Source: a virus. Taken from it: a stretch of DNA of 64,000 nucleotides. Position 1 is the stretch's first letter; the number at the start of each line of letters is the position of its first letter. Below are positions 16,521-23,663 of the stretch, piece by piece. Made by a program: the position numbers and the translations under genes. The notes under the pieces were generated by a model. It was not told the DNA's origin, did no database searches, and worked only from the letters and a program-made list of their open reading frames with translations. The stretch lies in IMG/VR virus record IMGVR_UViG_3300045988_159115; one strand, written 5' to 3'.

Positions 16521-16585
16521 GAATACCATCTCCTTTCTTTGATATATAGATATAATATATCATTGAAAAAGGAGATGGTATTCAT
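16519..16585 (-). promoter_or_regulatory. 18-bp perfect hairpin enclosing a promoter-like motif; the 3' arm is the SD plus start of the 52-aa ORF
   Basis: The arms ATGAATACCATCTCCTTT (16568-16585 on the minus strand) and AAAGGAGATGGTATTCAT (16519-16536) flank a loop carrying TGATATATTATAT (16550-16562). Confidence 0.7.
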
Positions 16586-16600
16586 CTAGCCTTTTAAATA

Positions 16601-16650
16601 TAAAAAAGACACGTTGAAGAATTTATGCTAGATATTCTTCAACGTGTCTT
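16601..16650 (-). terminator. rho-independent terminator (minus strand)
   Basis: AAGACACGTTGAAGAAT / ATTCTTCAACGTGTCTT 17-bp stem followed by TTTTTT on the minus strand. Confidence 0.85.
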
Positions 16651-16668
16651 AAATGTACTTCGACGAAA

Positions 16669-17580
16669 TTACTTACTGAAGGTGTGACCTTTATAAGTAA
16701 ATAACTGCGTCAGGTGTTTTCTCTGCCAGGTAGCCTTGCCATTGGGATTGTGCTCAAAATACAGAGCACCATTTGATTCATCCCAACCGCTCAGAACCAA
16801 TTCCAATGCCTGAGCACTTTCGTCACAAAGTTTTGCCTTTGCATAGGTGCCGTTATAATAGGTAGAGAACTGATTCTTCTGTGTGATGATAGCCATCACA
16901 GAATTCGGGAATCTAGGGGAGTCATAGCGATTCAGAATGACTTTCATAACGAGAGCCATACCTTTCACGCCATCACATTTTGCTTCAGCCAGAGCCACTC
17001 GCTGGAGGGCAACCTTATCGGCTTCAGACAAGTTATATTTTGACTTCTTGGTTGTCGTGGTACTAATCGTTTTTGCGACTGCCACAGGTTTTTCCGCGGG
17101 AGTAGCATTTTCAGTTACTTCGGGAACGCTCGTAGAGTCAACGAAAGAACCAAGACACGGAGGAGTCTCAACAGGAACGCCGTCTTCATTATATGCGACG
17201 GATTCATCACGAACAGCTGTAATTACGCCAGCTTCTTCGTCAAGGGTCTCTTTATTGTCAATCGTTTCAACCTCAGGGACTTCACTCTTGCCAATCTTAT
17301 AGCTATCAAGCTTTGCAACAAGAGTCGTTAGCATCTGGTTGAATGAATACTCTCCGCCATCTGCATATGCGGTGATTTCAAAATCATCTTCAATAGCGGG
17401 AGTAATGTAACCACTCACCATAACGAAAGTGGAACAGATAACAGCGCAAGTCAGAACGCCAATGAGCATATTGGTAGCGCTCATTTTATAGCCCTTCTGA
17501 CGCGCATGTTTTCCAGTGTTGTGCTTGCCGGTAAACACGAAAAGACAAGCAAGAATAATACTTAAAGTAAATACAATCAT
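16669..17580 (-). CDS. membrane-anchored SleB/CwlJ-type cell-wall hydrolase (candidate endolysin)
   Basis: The C-terminus LQRVALAEAKCDGVKGMALVMKVILNRYDSPRFPNSVMAIITQKNQFSTY fits the Hydrolase_2 (SleB) pattern. Two N-terminal hydrophobic segments. ATG 17580 follows a GAGGTG SD. Confidence 0.7.
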   Translation of the reverse strand: MIVFTLSIILACLFVFTGKHNTGKHARQKGYKMSATNMLIGVLTCAVICSTFVMVSGYITPAIEDDFEITAYADGGEYSFNQMLTTLVAKLDSYKIGKSEVPEVETIDNKETLDEEAGVITAVRDESVAYNEDGVPVETPPCLGSFVDSTSVPEVTENATPAEKPVAVAKTISTTTTKKSKYNLSEADKVALQRVALAEAKCDGVKGMALVMKVILNRYDSPRFPNSVMAIITQKNQFSTYYNGTYAKAKLCDESAQALELVLSGWDESNGALYFEHNPNGKATWQRKHLTQLFTYKGHTFSK

Positions 17581-17622
17581 GGTACACCTCGTATTTCTAT
17601 TGCCATGTGTGTTGCTATGAGT

Positions 17623-17684
17623 AAAAATTGGTATAAGCATATAGACTCTGAGAGAATCAGATATGTCTAATATGCTTATACCAA
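17623..17684 (-). terminator. rho-independent terminator (minus strand)
   Basis: TTGGTATAAGCATAT / ATATGCTTATACCAA 15-bp stem followed by TTTTT on the minus strand. Confidence 0.75.
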
Positions 17685-17709
17685 ATACTCATACGAACCT
17701 AACTTATGG

Positions 17710-18204
17710 TTAGTCAGCAAATACCAAATCACTCTTGCTGACAACGGTCTGGTAGAACCCAGATTTGACGATGACACGATCGCCGATGACCTTCTCTACC
17801 TTGTAGGTATTGCGAAGTGCAAATTCAGGAAGGTCAAGACCAGTATAGGTCTTCTTGGTACCCGGACGGATCTTTACCGTCTTACCGGGAATCAGTTCAA
17901 TCGCGATGATATCGTCTTTGAGCTTCTCAACATGATCCTGGGTCGTAATCTCAATGGGAGATGAATTGATCTCTTCCATATGACGATTGATATCAACTAT
18001 AGGATCTGCAGCAGGAACATTGATGGGCTCCCATTTATTGAGAACTTCTGGATTTGCTAAACCGCCGCTGACTTCAACCATTTTAGGTTCAGTCTCAGCC
18101 ATAGGTTCCACAGAGGTTTCCACAGGAGTGAGTTCAACTTCAGTGTTTGCTGCTTCCTCGGAGATTGCGGCCGAAACAGTGTTCGGTCGATTCTTCTTAG
18201 ACAT
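17710..18204 (-). CDS. hypothetical protein (acidic N-half, beta-rich SH3-like C-end?)
   Basis: ATG 18204 lies 7 nt after GGAGA. The domain guess is weak. Confidence 0.65.
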   Translation of the reverse strand: MSKKNRPNTVSAAISEEAANTEVELTPVETSVEPMAETEPKMVEVSGGLANPEVLNKWEPINVPAADPIVDINRHMEEINSSPIEITTQDHVEKLKDDIIAIELIPGKTVKIRPGTKKTYTGLDLPEFALRNTYKVEKVIGDRVIVKSGFYQTVVSKSDLVFAD

Positions 18205-18254
18205 ATACACGTCTCCTTTCTTTTTGTATTCTAAAAGGGCTTAGGCTATTGTTT

Positions 18255-18587
18255 TCAGAACGTGAAGCGATAGCCATCATTGACAGTGTCAGAGCAACCC
18301 TCTTCCACATAGCCCCAGTCAACCAGATTATTGACGCACTTTTTCACCTCGTCCTTAGAAAGACCAACCGTTTGAGCAATTGCCTTGAAGTCAATCTTCT
18401 TAAAGTTGAGAGGATCCGGGCTTCTCTTCAAAAGATTGTGATCGAAGCCATTCAGCTCGGTGAACAGGCAAAGAAGAACTTTGTAAGTCTTCTTACCGAA
18501 GTATTCGTCGGCAGCAATGTCCAAAAGACGACTCTTCGGAATGCTGACGTTCGTCGTCTGCTGGTACACACTTTTATTATTAGCCAT
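18255..18587 (-). CDS. winged-helix DNA-binding protein
   Basis: IAQTVGLSKDEVKKCVNNLVDWGYVEE is typical of a wHTH recognition helix plus wing. ATG lies 7 nt after AAGGAGA. Confidence 0.6.
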   Translation of the reverse strand: MANNKSVYQQTTNVSIPKSRLLDIAADEYFGKKTYKVLLCLFTELNGFDHNLLKRSPDPLNFKKIDFKAIAQTVGLSKDEVKKCVNNLVDWGYVEEGCSDTVNDGYRFTF

Positions 18588-18942
18588 TTTCATTCTCCTT
18601 GATCTTTAAAAACAGATTTTGATTGTATGCTAAGACATACTCTCCAACAAGCTCCTTGTATTTTTCAGGAGCTGCTGGTGCACATCTGAGATGAATGATA
18701 TAAATGCCATCTCGCGCTCGATGCAAGATATTATGCTGCATCTTAATGGATAACTTTACATTGAATCGGACATCTCTTTCGATATCATCGAGGCTTTTGA
18801 GTTTCTTGCTTTTTGGATCAAAAACAATTGCTCTCAATGTTTTATCCATCACCTCGTATGCGGGAATCTTCCATGTTCTTTTACCGTCTGTAACGCGAAG
18901 CAAATAAGGCTTTCCAAGTTCCAAACTTTCCACGACATCCAT
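18580..18942 (-). CDS. hypothetical protein
   Basis: AAAGGATGTG SD. Confidence 0.65.
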   Translation of the reverse strand: MDVVESLELGKPYLLRVTDGKRTWKIPAYEVMDKTLRAIVFDPKSKKLKSLDDIERDVRFNVKLSIKMQHNILHRARDGIYIIHLRCAPAAPEKYKELVGEYVLAYNQNLFLKIKENENG

Positions 18943-19050
18943 GTGGTTTCACATCCTTTCACTATAAATTAGTCGTTCCAATAATAGCTTTGAATATCCC
19001 AGTAGATCGAATCAATTGACCTACTGGGATATCACACCACATCCACACTC

Positions 19051-19305
19051 TTATTCAATCATATTTGTAAGAATCCAAAGAAGTGCATAAAATAAGATGA
19101 GGAAGACACATGTTCCTGAGTACACCTTAGTTGAATGCTTTGCTTTGACTTTACAAACTTTTGAAAGAATTGCCATATTCACAGCACCGAGTACGAAAAT
19201 TATAACTGCTATTAGAGGAAGATTGAGATTGATATGGATCGGTATGTACACGGAAAGAATCACCACCTCAAATAGAATTATTTGTCTGTAATGATTCCGG
19301 ATCAT
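19051..19305 (-). CDS. small membrane protein (2-3 TM; holin-like candidate)
   Basis: ATG 19305 follows a GGAAGGAGG SD. Hydrophobic segments IILFEVVILSVYIPI, LPLIAVIIFVLGAVNMAIL and VFLILFYALLWIL. Confidence 0.6.
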   Translation of the reverse strand: MIRNHYRQIILFEVVILSVYIPIHINLNLPLIAVIIFVLGAVNMAILSKVCKVKAKHSTKVYSGTCVFLILFYALLWILTNMIE

Positions 19306-19346
19306 AGAAATAATAACCTCCTTCCGATATTCCAATGATCTTACTA

Positions 19347-19359
19347 TTATAATATATAA
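19347..19359 (-). promoter_or_regulatory. AT-rich promoter-like motif, variant TTATATATTATAA
   Basis: About 40 nt upstream of ATG 19305. Confidence 0.4.
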
Positions 19360-19470
19360 ACGAAATATATGCAAAAAAAGACAGAGCAACTATTGCTGCC
19401 CTGTCATTCTTATGGTGGACGTGCTAAGCATCCAAAGCTTAGTACGTATTCGGATTTGAATGCCTTTGCA

Positions 19471-20307
19471 TCACTTTGCTGCATTGGCATTCTTGTTGTT
19501 CCCATTCTGGCCGTTGTCCTTGGGCTGCTGCTTGCCAGTCTTGCTTTTGGGCTGCTGAGCGTTGTCACCCTGATTGGTCTGCGCAGCGGATGCAGAGTCA
19601 GCAGGCTTCCCTGCATTAGGATCAACATGATTCTGCTCTGCGGGTGCGGTGGGAGTCTTCTCAGCAGGTGTGGGCTGCTCAGCAGCAGGTGCAACAGGTG
19701 CAGGATCTGCAGGTGCCTCGGTCTGAACCTCAGTAGCTGTTGCTTCCACAATCGGCTTCTCAGCAACCTTGGGTGCGGATGCAGGCTGCTCAGTCTGCAC
19801 GATCTCAGCCACGACCTTTTCTGCAGGCTGCTCGGCATTCTGTTCAGGAACGACACCAGCCTTGTCATCCTCGGCAGCGCCTTCATCCTCGACATGCTCA
19901 GCTGCGTTGGAATTCTGCGCAGCTTCCCGGGCTTCCTGAATCTCGGACCCCTTATCATTGAGCTCGACATATGCAGCCGGCTCAATCTCGAGCATACTTA
20001 CGTCAACGATGGGATCGAAGATGCTCTGGACTACTGCAGCGCCGGCACCGACGATCGCTGCACCGACGGCGACGGTGCAGACCTGCTCGACGCGCTTGTG
20101 ATACGCCTCACGAGCCTTGCGGTTGCGGATGCCCTTCTCATTCTGGAGCATCATCGTGCCCGCGATTCCGGCGCCGGTTGCGACACCGAATGCGCCGGTC
20201 TTGACCTTGCCAGCAACGTTCGCAACAGTGGTAGTTGCTTTCTGGCTCGGGGTAATCTGGATGGCGGTCTTCTCGTTAGCGGTCTTTTTCTTCATGAGAT
20301 TCAACAT
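19471..20307 (-). CDS. Ala/Gly-rich membrane-hairpin protein with long P/A/E/Q-rich low-complexity tail
   Basis: ATG 20307 lies 9 nt after GGAGG. The N-part is paralogous to 20434-20769. GC-rich. Confidence 0.7.
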   Translation of the reverse strand: MLNLMKKKTANEKTAIQITPSQKATTTVANVAGKVKTGAFGVATGAGIAGTMMLQNEKGIRNRKAREAYHKRVEQVCTVAVGAAIVGAGAAVVQSIFDPIVDVSMLEIEPAAYVELNDKGSEIQEAREAAQNSNAAEHVEDEGAAEDDKAGVVPEQNAEQPAEKVVAEIVQTEQPASAPKVAEKPIVEATATEVQTEAPADPAPVAPAAEQPTPAEKTPTAPAEQNHVDPNAGKPADSASAAQTNQGDNAQQPKSKTGKQQPKDNGQNGNNKNANAAK

Positions 20308-20348
20308 AGTTGTGTACCTCCTATAGTACATCTTTTTGAGGATCATAC

Positions 20349-20395
20349 AAAAATAAGTACCTGATGAAGCATCCTCTAATCTTCATCAGGTACTT
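20349..20395 (-). terminator. rho-independent terminator (minus strand)
   Basis: AAGTACCTGATGAAG / CTTCATCAGGTACTT 15-bp stem followed by ATTTTTG on the minus strand. Confidence 0.75.
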
Positions 20396-20433
20396 TAGTG
20401 ATTCTTTTCGGTGCTAGGGAGAACTTCGAGCGA

Positions 20434-20769
20434 TCACTGGATCTCGAAGTTCTCGTACATGGTTGCCGCCTCATAAGCGGCGCAGGATGCGGTCACTGCG
20501 GTGACAACCACAGCACCAACTGCAACGCAGTCGGCTGCTGCAGCGATCTTCATCGCACGGCTGCTGGCCTTGTTCCGGCCATTGTACGCGCAACCGAGCG
20601 CGTAGCCAGAGGCAATGTTGCGGGTCAAGACTGCAGCGGTAGCAACAGACGTGCCGACCGCTGCGCGCTTCACATTCTTGCAAAGTGCAGCCTTGGTCTC
20701 TTCTGCGTTGTACTCTTTGTTTCCCTTGGTGGTGGTGACGGTGGTGGTGATGGTGGTCTTGCTATCCAT
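20434..20769 (-). CDS. Ala/Gly-rich membrane-hairpin protein
   Basis: Two G/A-rich hydrophobic helices separated by a basic loop (NGRNKASSRAMK). AGGAGG SD. Confidence 0.7.
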   Translation of the reverse strand: MDSKTTITTTVTTTKGNKEYNAEETKAALCKNVKRAAVGTSVATAAVLTRNIASGYALGCAYNGRNKASSRAMKIAAAADCVAVGAVVVTAVTASCAAYEAATMYENFEIQ

Positions 20770-20849
20770 AATTCATACCTCCTATTATGGATCATAGAAA
20801 GAGAAGGTGAAATACCGATTGCATTTCTATTCCTTCTCTTTCTTCACGT

Positions 20850-20862
20850 GTATAATATATCA
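20850..20862 (-). promoter_or_regulatory. AT-rich promoter-like motif TGATATATTATAC
   Basis: 81 nt upstream of ATG 20769. Confidence 0.55.
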
Positions 20863-20934
20863 TCATAATCTGAGAGTATACGGTAAATCATACCGTCTCA
20901 GATTATGATGATATAAGCGGACTGGCCTTAAGCC

Positions 20935-21276
20935 TCAGCGAATCCCGCCGTTGGGATTCGACAGAGACTTGCAGCCGATGATGCGGCCCTTGTCATCCCG
21001 GACCTGGCGGCCAGGAATGCGGATGTCGTCGCGGTCAGGCAGCCGTGCAGCCACCATCGCTGAGACGACCAGAATGGTGTCGTCCTGCTTCTCGGGCAGA
21101 TCAACGACCTGCCCGTAAGTTGTGACCTCGTCGGGGATACCATCAATATCCCCAACGACGGAAATAGTGGAGGAAACCCTCGGCAAAATGCCAGAGGGCT
21201 CAACCACGCGGATGACCTTGCCGGCGTCGTCGACAAAGGAAATAGCGTGCGGGGTGCAATTGATGATGTTGCTCAT
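20935..21276 (-). CDS. hypothetical protein (N-terminal CTPHAI motif)
   Basis: GGAGAAAG SD. GC-rich. Function unknown. Confidence 0.7.
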   Translation of the reverse strand: MSNIINCTPHAISFVDDAGKVIRVVEPSGILPRVSSTISVVGDIDGIPDEVTTYGQVVDLPEKQDDTILVVSAMVAARLPDRDDIRIPGRQVRDDKGRIIGCKSLSNPNGGIR

Positions 21277-21343
21277 AGTATACTTCTTTCTCCAGATTAG
21301 AGTGACTGGCCACTATCGCAAGGTGGAAAATCATTTCCACCTA

Positions 21344-21997
21344 TCAGTCAACCGGACGCGTCTTGATATGCTTGACGTCGCCCACGACCTTGTGCCATTC
21401 GCCTTGATCGTAGACCTCGAGGTTTCCCTGACGCCAAGCGTCTCCGTGGCTGTACCACATTTCCCAGCCACAGCCCCAGACTCCGGATTCTTCGGAACCA
21501 GGGAAACGGAAGTGGTGATCGAAATCACCACAGACAAAGTAATCCTTCCCTGTCGGGGCGTGCCTGCGCTCGGCCTGCCAGTTGTAGTCCAGCTCGTCCC
21601 TGTAGTTGGGGTACGGGTTGTACGAGGTCGGCCTGTTATATACAGTCTTTCCCTCAACGTTCCAGGACTCTTTGGGCTGGGCCCACTCGTTCTTGATCAG
21701 CTCATGAATCAAGAACTCGTTGGGGATCAACCTGTCCCCAACATAGCAATCCACATAGTATGTGGTGCTATTGTTGAAGACACGCTCGTGCTTATCGTAA
21801 TAGCACGAGAGCGGGCGAATGTGGCCGTCGATATAATCAATGACCTCGTCCACAATAATTCGGCGAGCACGCTTGCCCTTGATGGGAAGTGCTCTCGTCT
21901 TCTTATAGTGGGGATAGCCCATGTCACGGGCATCGCTCCGGAAGCTCATGGACTTAAGAAGCTCATGAGCATATTTCTTCATCTGCTTTTTCTTCAT
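21344..21997 (-). CDS. hypothetical protein (Trp/Tyr-rich)
   Basis: AAAGGAGAG SD. GC-rich. Confidence 0.7.
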   Translation of the reverse strand: MKKKQMKKYAHELLKSMSFRSDARDMGYPHYKKTRALPIKGKRARRIIVDEVIDYIDGHIRPLSCYYDKHERVFNNSTTYYVDCYVGDRLIPNEFLIHELIKNEWAQPKESWNVEGKTVYNRPTSYNPYPNYRDELDYNWQAERRHAPTGKDYFVCGDFDHHFRFPGSEESGVWGCGWEMWYSHGDAWRQGNLEVYDQGEWHKVVGDVKHIKTRPVD

Positions 21998-22044
21998 GAT
22001 AATTCTCTCCTTTTCTCTTGGAAACGCAAAATTGAAGGACTGAA

Positions 22045-22311
22045 TCAGTCCTCCGCGAACACAGTCGGATCGGCCTTATACATTGCCTTGGCCTCATCCT
22101 CGAACTGGTCGATGGTGGCGTCGTCGAAAAACGCTACCATCACATCCACCAGAGCACATTCTTGTGCTGTGGCGATGCTATAGAGAAGATTCTTGTGGCG
22201 CACAGCCTTATGCTGCTCGCGTGCTTTTACAAAGTCGTCCTTAGCACGCTCGTTTTTGACGACCGCCTTGATGTAAATCTCCTTCAGGCAATTTTTTTCA
22301 TCGTACGTCAT
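22045..22311 (-). CDS. hypothetical small protein
   Basis: ATG 22311 follows an AAAGGAG SD, with leader motif TTTGTATGATCCTC upstream. Confidence 0.65.
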   Translation of the reverse strand: MTYDEKNCLKEIYIKAVVKNERAKDDFVKAREQHKAVRHKNLLYSIATAQECALVDVMVAFFDDATIDQFEDEAKAMYKADPTVFAED

Positions 22312-22391
22312 GGTGAACTCCTTTCGATCCTCTCTCATCTTTGAGGATCATACAAAATTGGAAGGTTACTTCACTTCGCCTTCCTTGTAAT

Positions 22392-23468
22392 TCACCAATA
22401 TAATATATCACCAGAATTCTTGACTTTACGGATAGCGACCCATTTATCACTAGGAATCAAGTCTTTATGATTCACCACTTTATAGACGTTATGATTCGGA
22501 TCAAGAATATAAATGTCATGATAAATACCATGGCACGTACGCATATTCATGATAGTATATCCATCGACCCACCAACTCGGATCATACTCGTTTCGAACGC
22601 CATTCATCGCCGAAACTTTACCTTCAACGAATTCTGCTGTTGCAACGTCATTGTACACAGCAAGAAAATCTTCTGGAGTGTTATATTGGAACATGGTAGG
22701 CCAAGAACGCTTCATGAAAAGATTCGTATCATCAACGTATTCAACGTCAAAATTTCTGACATTTTCCACGAGACGGTAATTAATTCCAGATGTAGAATAT
22801 TGAATCATATCCACCTGGCTTTTATGATTATGATAGATGATATCACTATGGGAACTTTTATTAATTCCAATTACGTATTTACCATCGTTATTATTTCGGC
22901 TTGCTTCGCACGACATAGCCAAAGAGATAACGGGTCGAATTTCAAACACGACATCATCATACACGAAAGCGTAATATCCACCACCACATCGAATGAAATT
23001 ACGAACGCCATATGAGCATTGACTGAAAATTTCACGAATGTCATGTCCTGGACGCTTATCATTTGGATCATAATCAAACATGATTCCGTAAAACATGTCG
23101 ATGTCGTCATCGTCAAAGAATTTCATCTCCGTGATGATATAAGTATAAGGATCAATCCATGCAATTACAGTTCCATCCTGGAAATTATTCCAGGCAATGA
23201 TATATTTTCCATTTTCTGTTGTACCGACATCATACAATGCACCATATTTTCTATCTGGATCAATGATGCAGTACTTCTTCGTTCCAAAGATATCATTGGT
23301 ACTAATGGGACTAACTGTTTTGCCAACCAACTTATCCAATTCATCTTTATCAAATGGATAGTCTCTCAGAACACGAAGTGCTTTGTAGTTCATAAATCCA
23401 TTTGACGTGAATGGGGCAACCAGAGGAAAAATTTTACCAATGAAATCTTCACCGTATTTTTTTGACAT
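22392..23468 (-). CDS. hypothetical protein
   Basis: GGAAGGAGA SD. No motif recognised. Confidence 0.75.
   Translation of the reverse strand: MSKKYGEDFIGKIFPLVAPFTSNGFMNYKALRVLRDYPFDKDELDKLVGKTVSPISTNDIFGTKKYCIIDPDRKYGALYDVGTTENGKYIIAWNNFQDGTVIAWIDPYTYIITEMKFFDDDDIDMFYGIMFDYDPNDKRPGHDIREIFSQCSYGVRNFIRCGGGYYAFVYDDVVFEIRPVISLAMSCEASRNNNDGKYVIGINKSSHSDIIYHNHKSQVDMIQYSTSGINYRLVENVRNFDVEYVDDTNLFMKRSWPTMFQYNTPEDFLAVYNDVATAEFVEGKVSAMNGVRNEYDPSWWVDGYTIMNMRTCHGIYHDIYILDPNHNVYKVVNHKDLIPSDKWVAIRKVKNSGDILYW
22398..22410 (-). promoter_or_regulatory. AT-rich promoter-like motif TGATATATTATAT
   Basis: Lies within the last codons of 22392-23468, 87 nt upstream of ATG 22311. Confidence 0.5.
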
Positions 23469-23663
23469 AATATGATTTCTCCTTCCAAAAAATAGATTAA
23501 TTTTCTGTGACCGAGAACCTTAGATTCTATATTCCTGGATACGTTTAAGATAATGGGCATAAAATATCAAAGCATTGCTGAAATGATATGTTATACCTTC
23601 GTGAGTAGTAGTCTGGAATCTGCTTCTCACGATAGCGTCAAAATAAAATCTGGAGGTTTTACA

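Noticed and set aside
16376-16585. Track ORF of 69 aa on the minus strand.
   Set aside because: Its ATG is the first triplet of the hairpin 5' arm, and it reads through the promoter-like motif. The alternative 52-aa frame (16362-16520) has a proper SD and a plausible sequence.
19369-22183. Long plus-strand ORFs 19369-20364 (331 aa), 20398-20868, 21122-22183 (353 aa) and nested ORFs.
   Set aside because: They run antisense to minus-strand genes that have SD sites, leader motifs and sensible protein sequences. Their translations are low-complexity (L/R/S/C-rich). Long open antisense frames are expected in GC-rich coding DNA.
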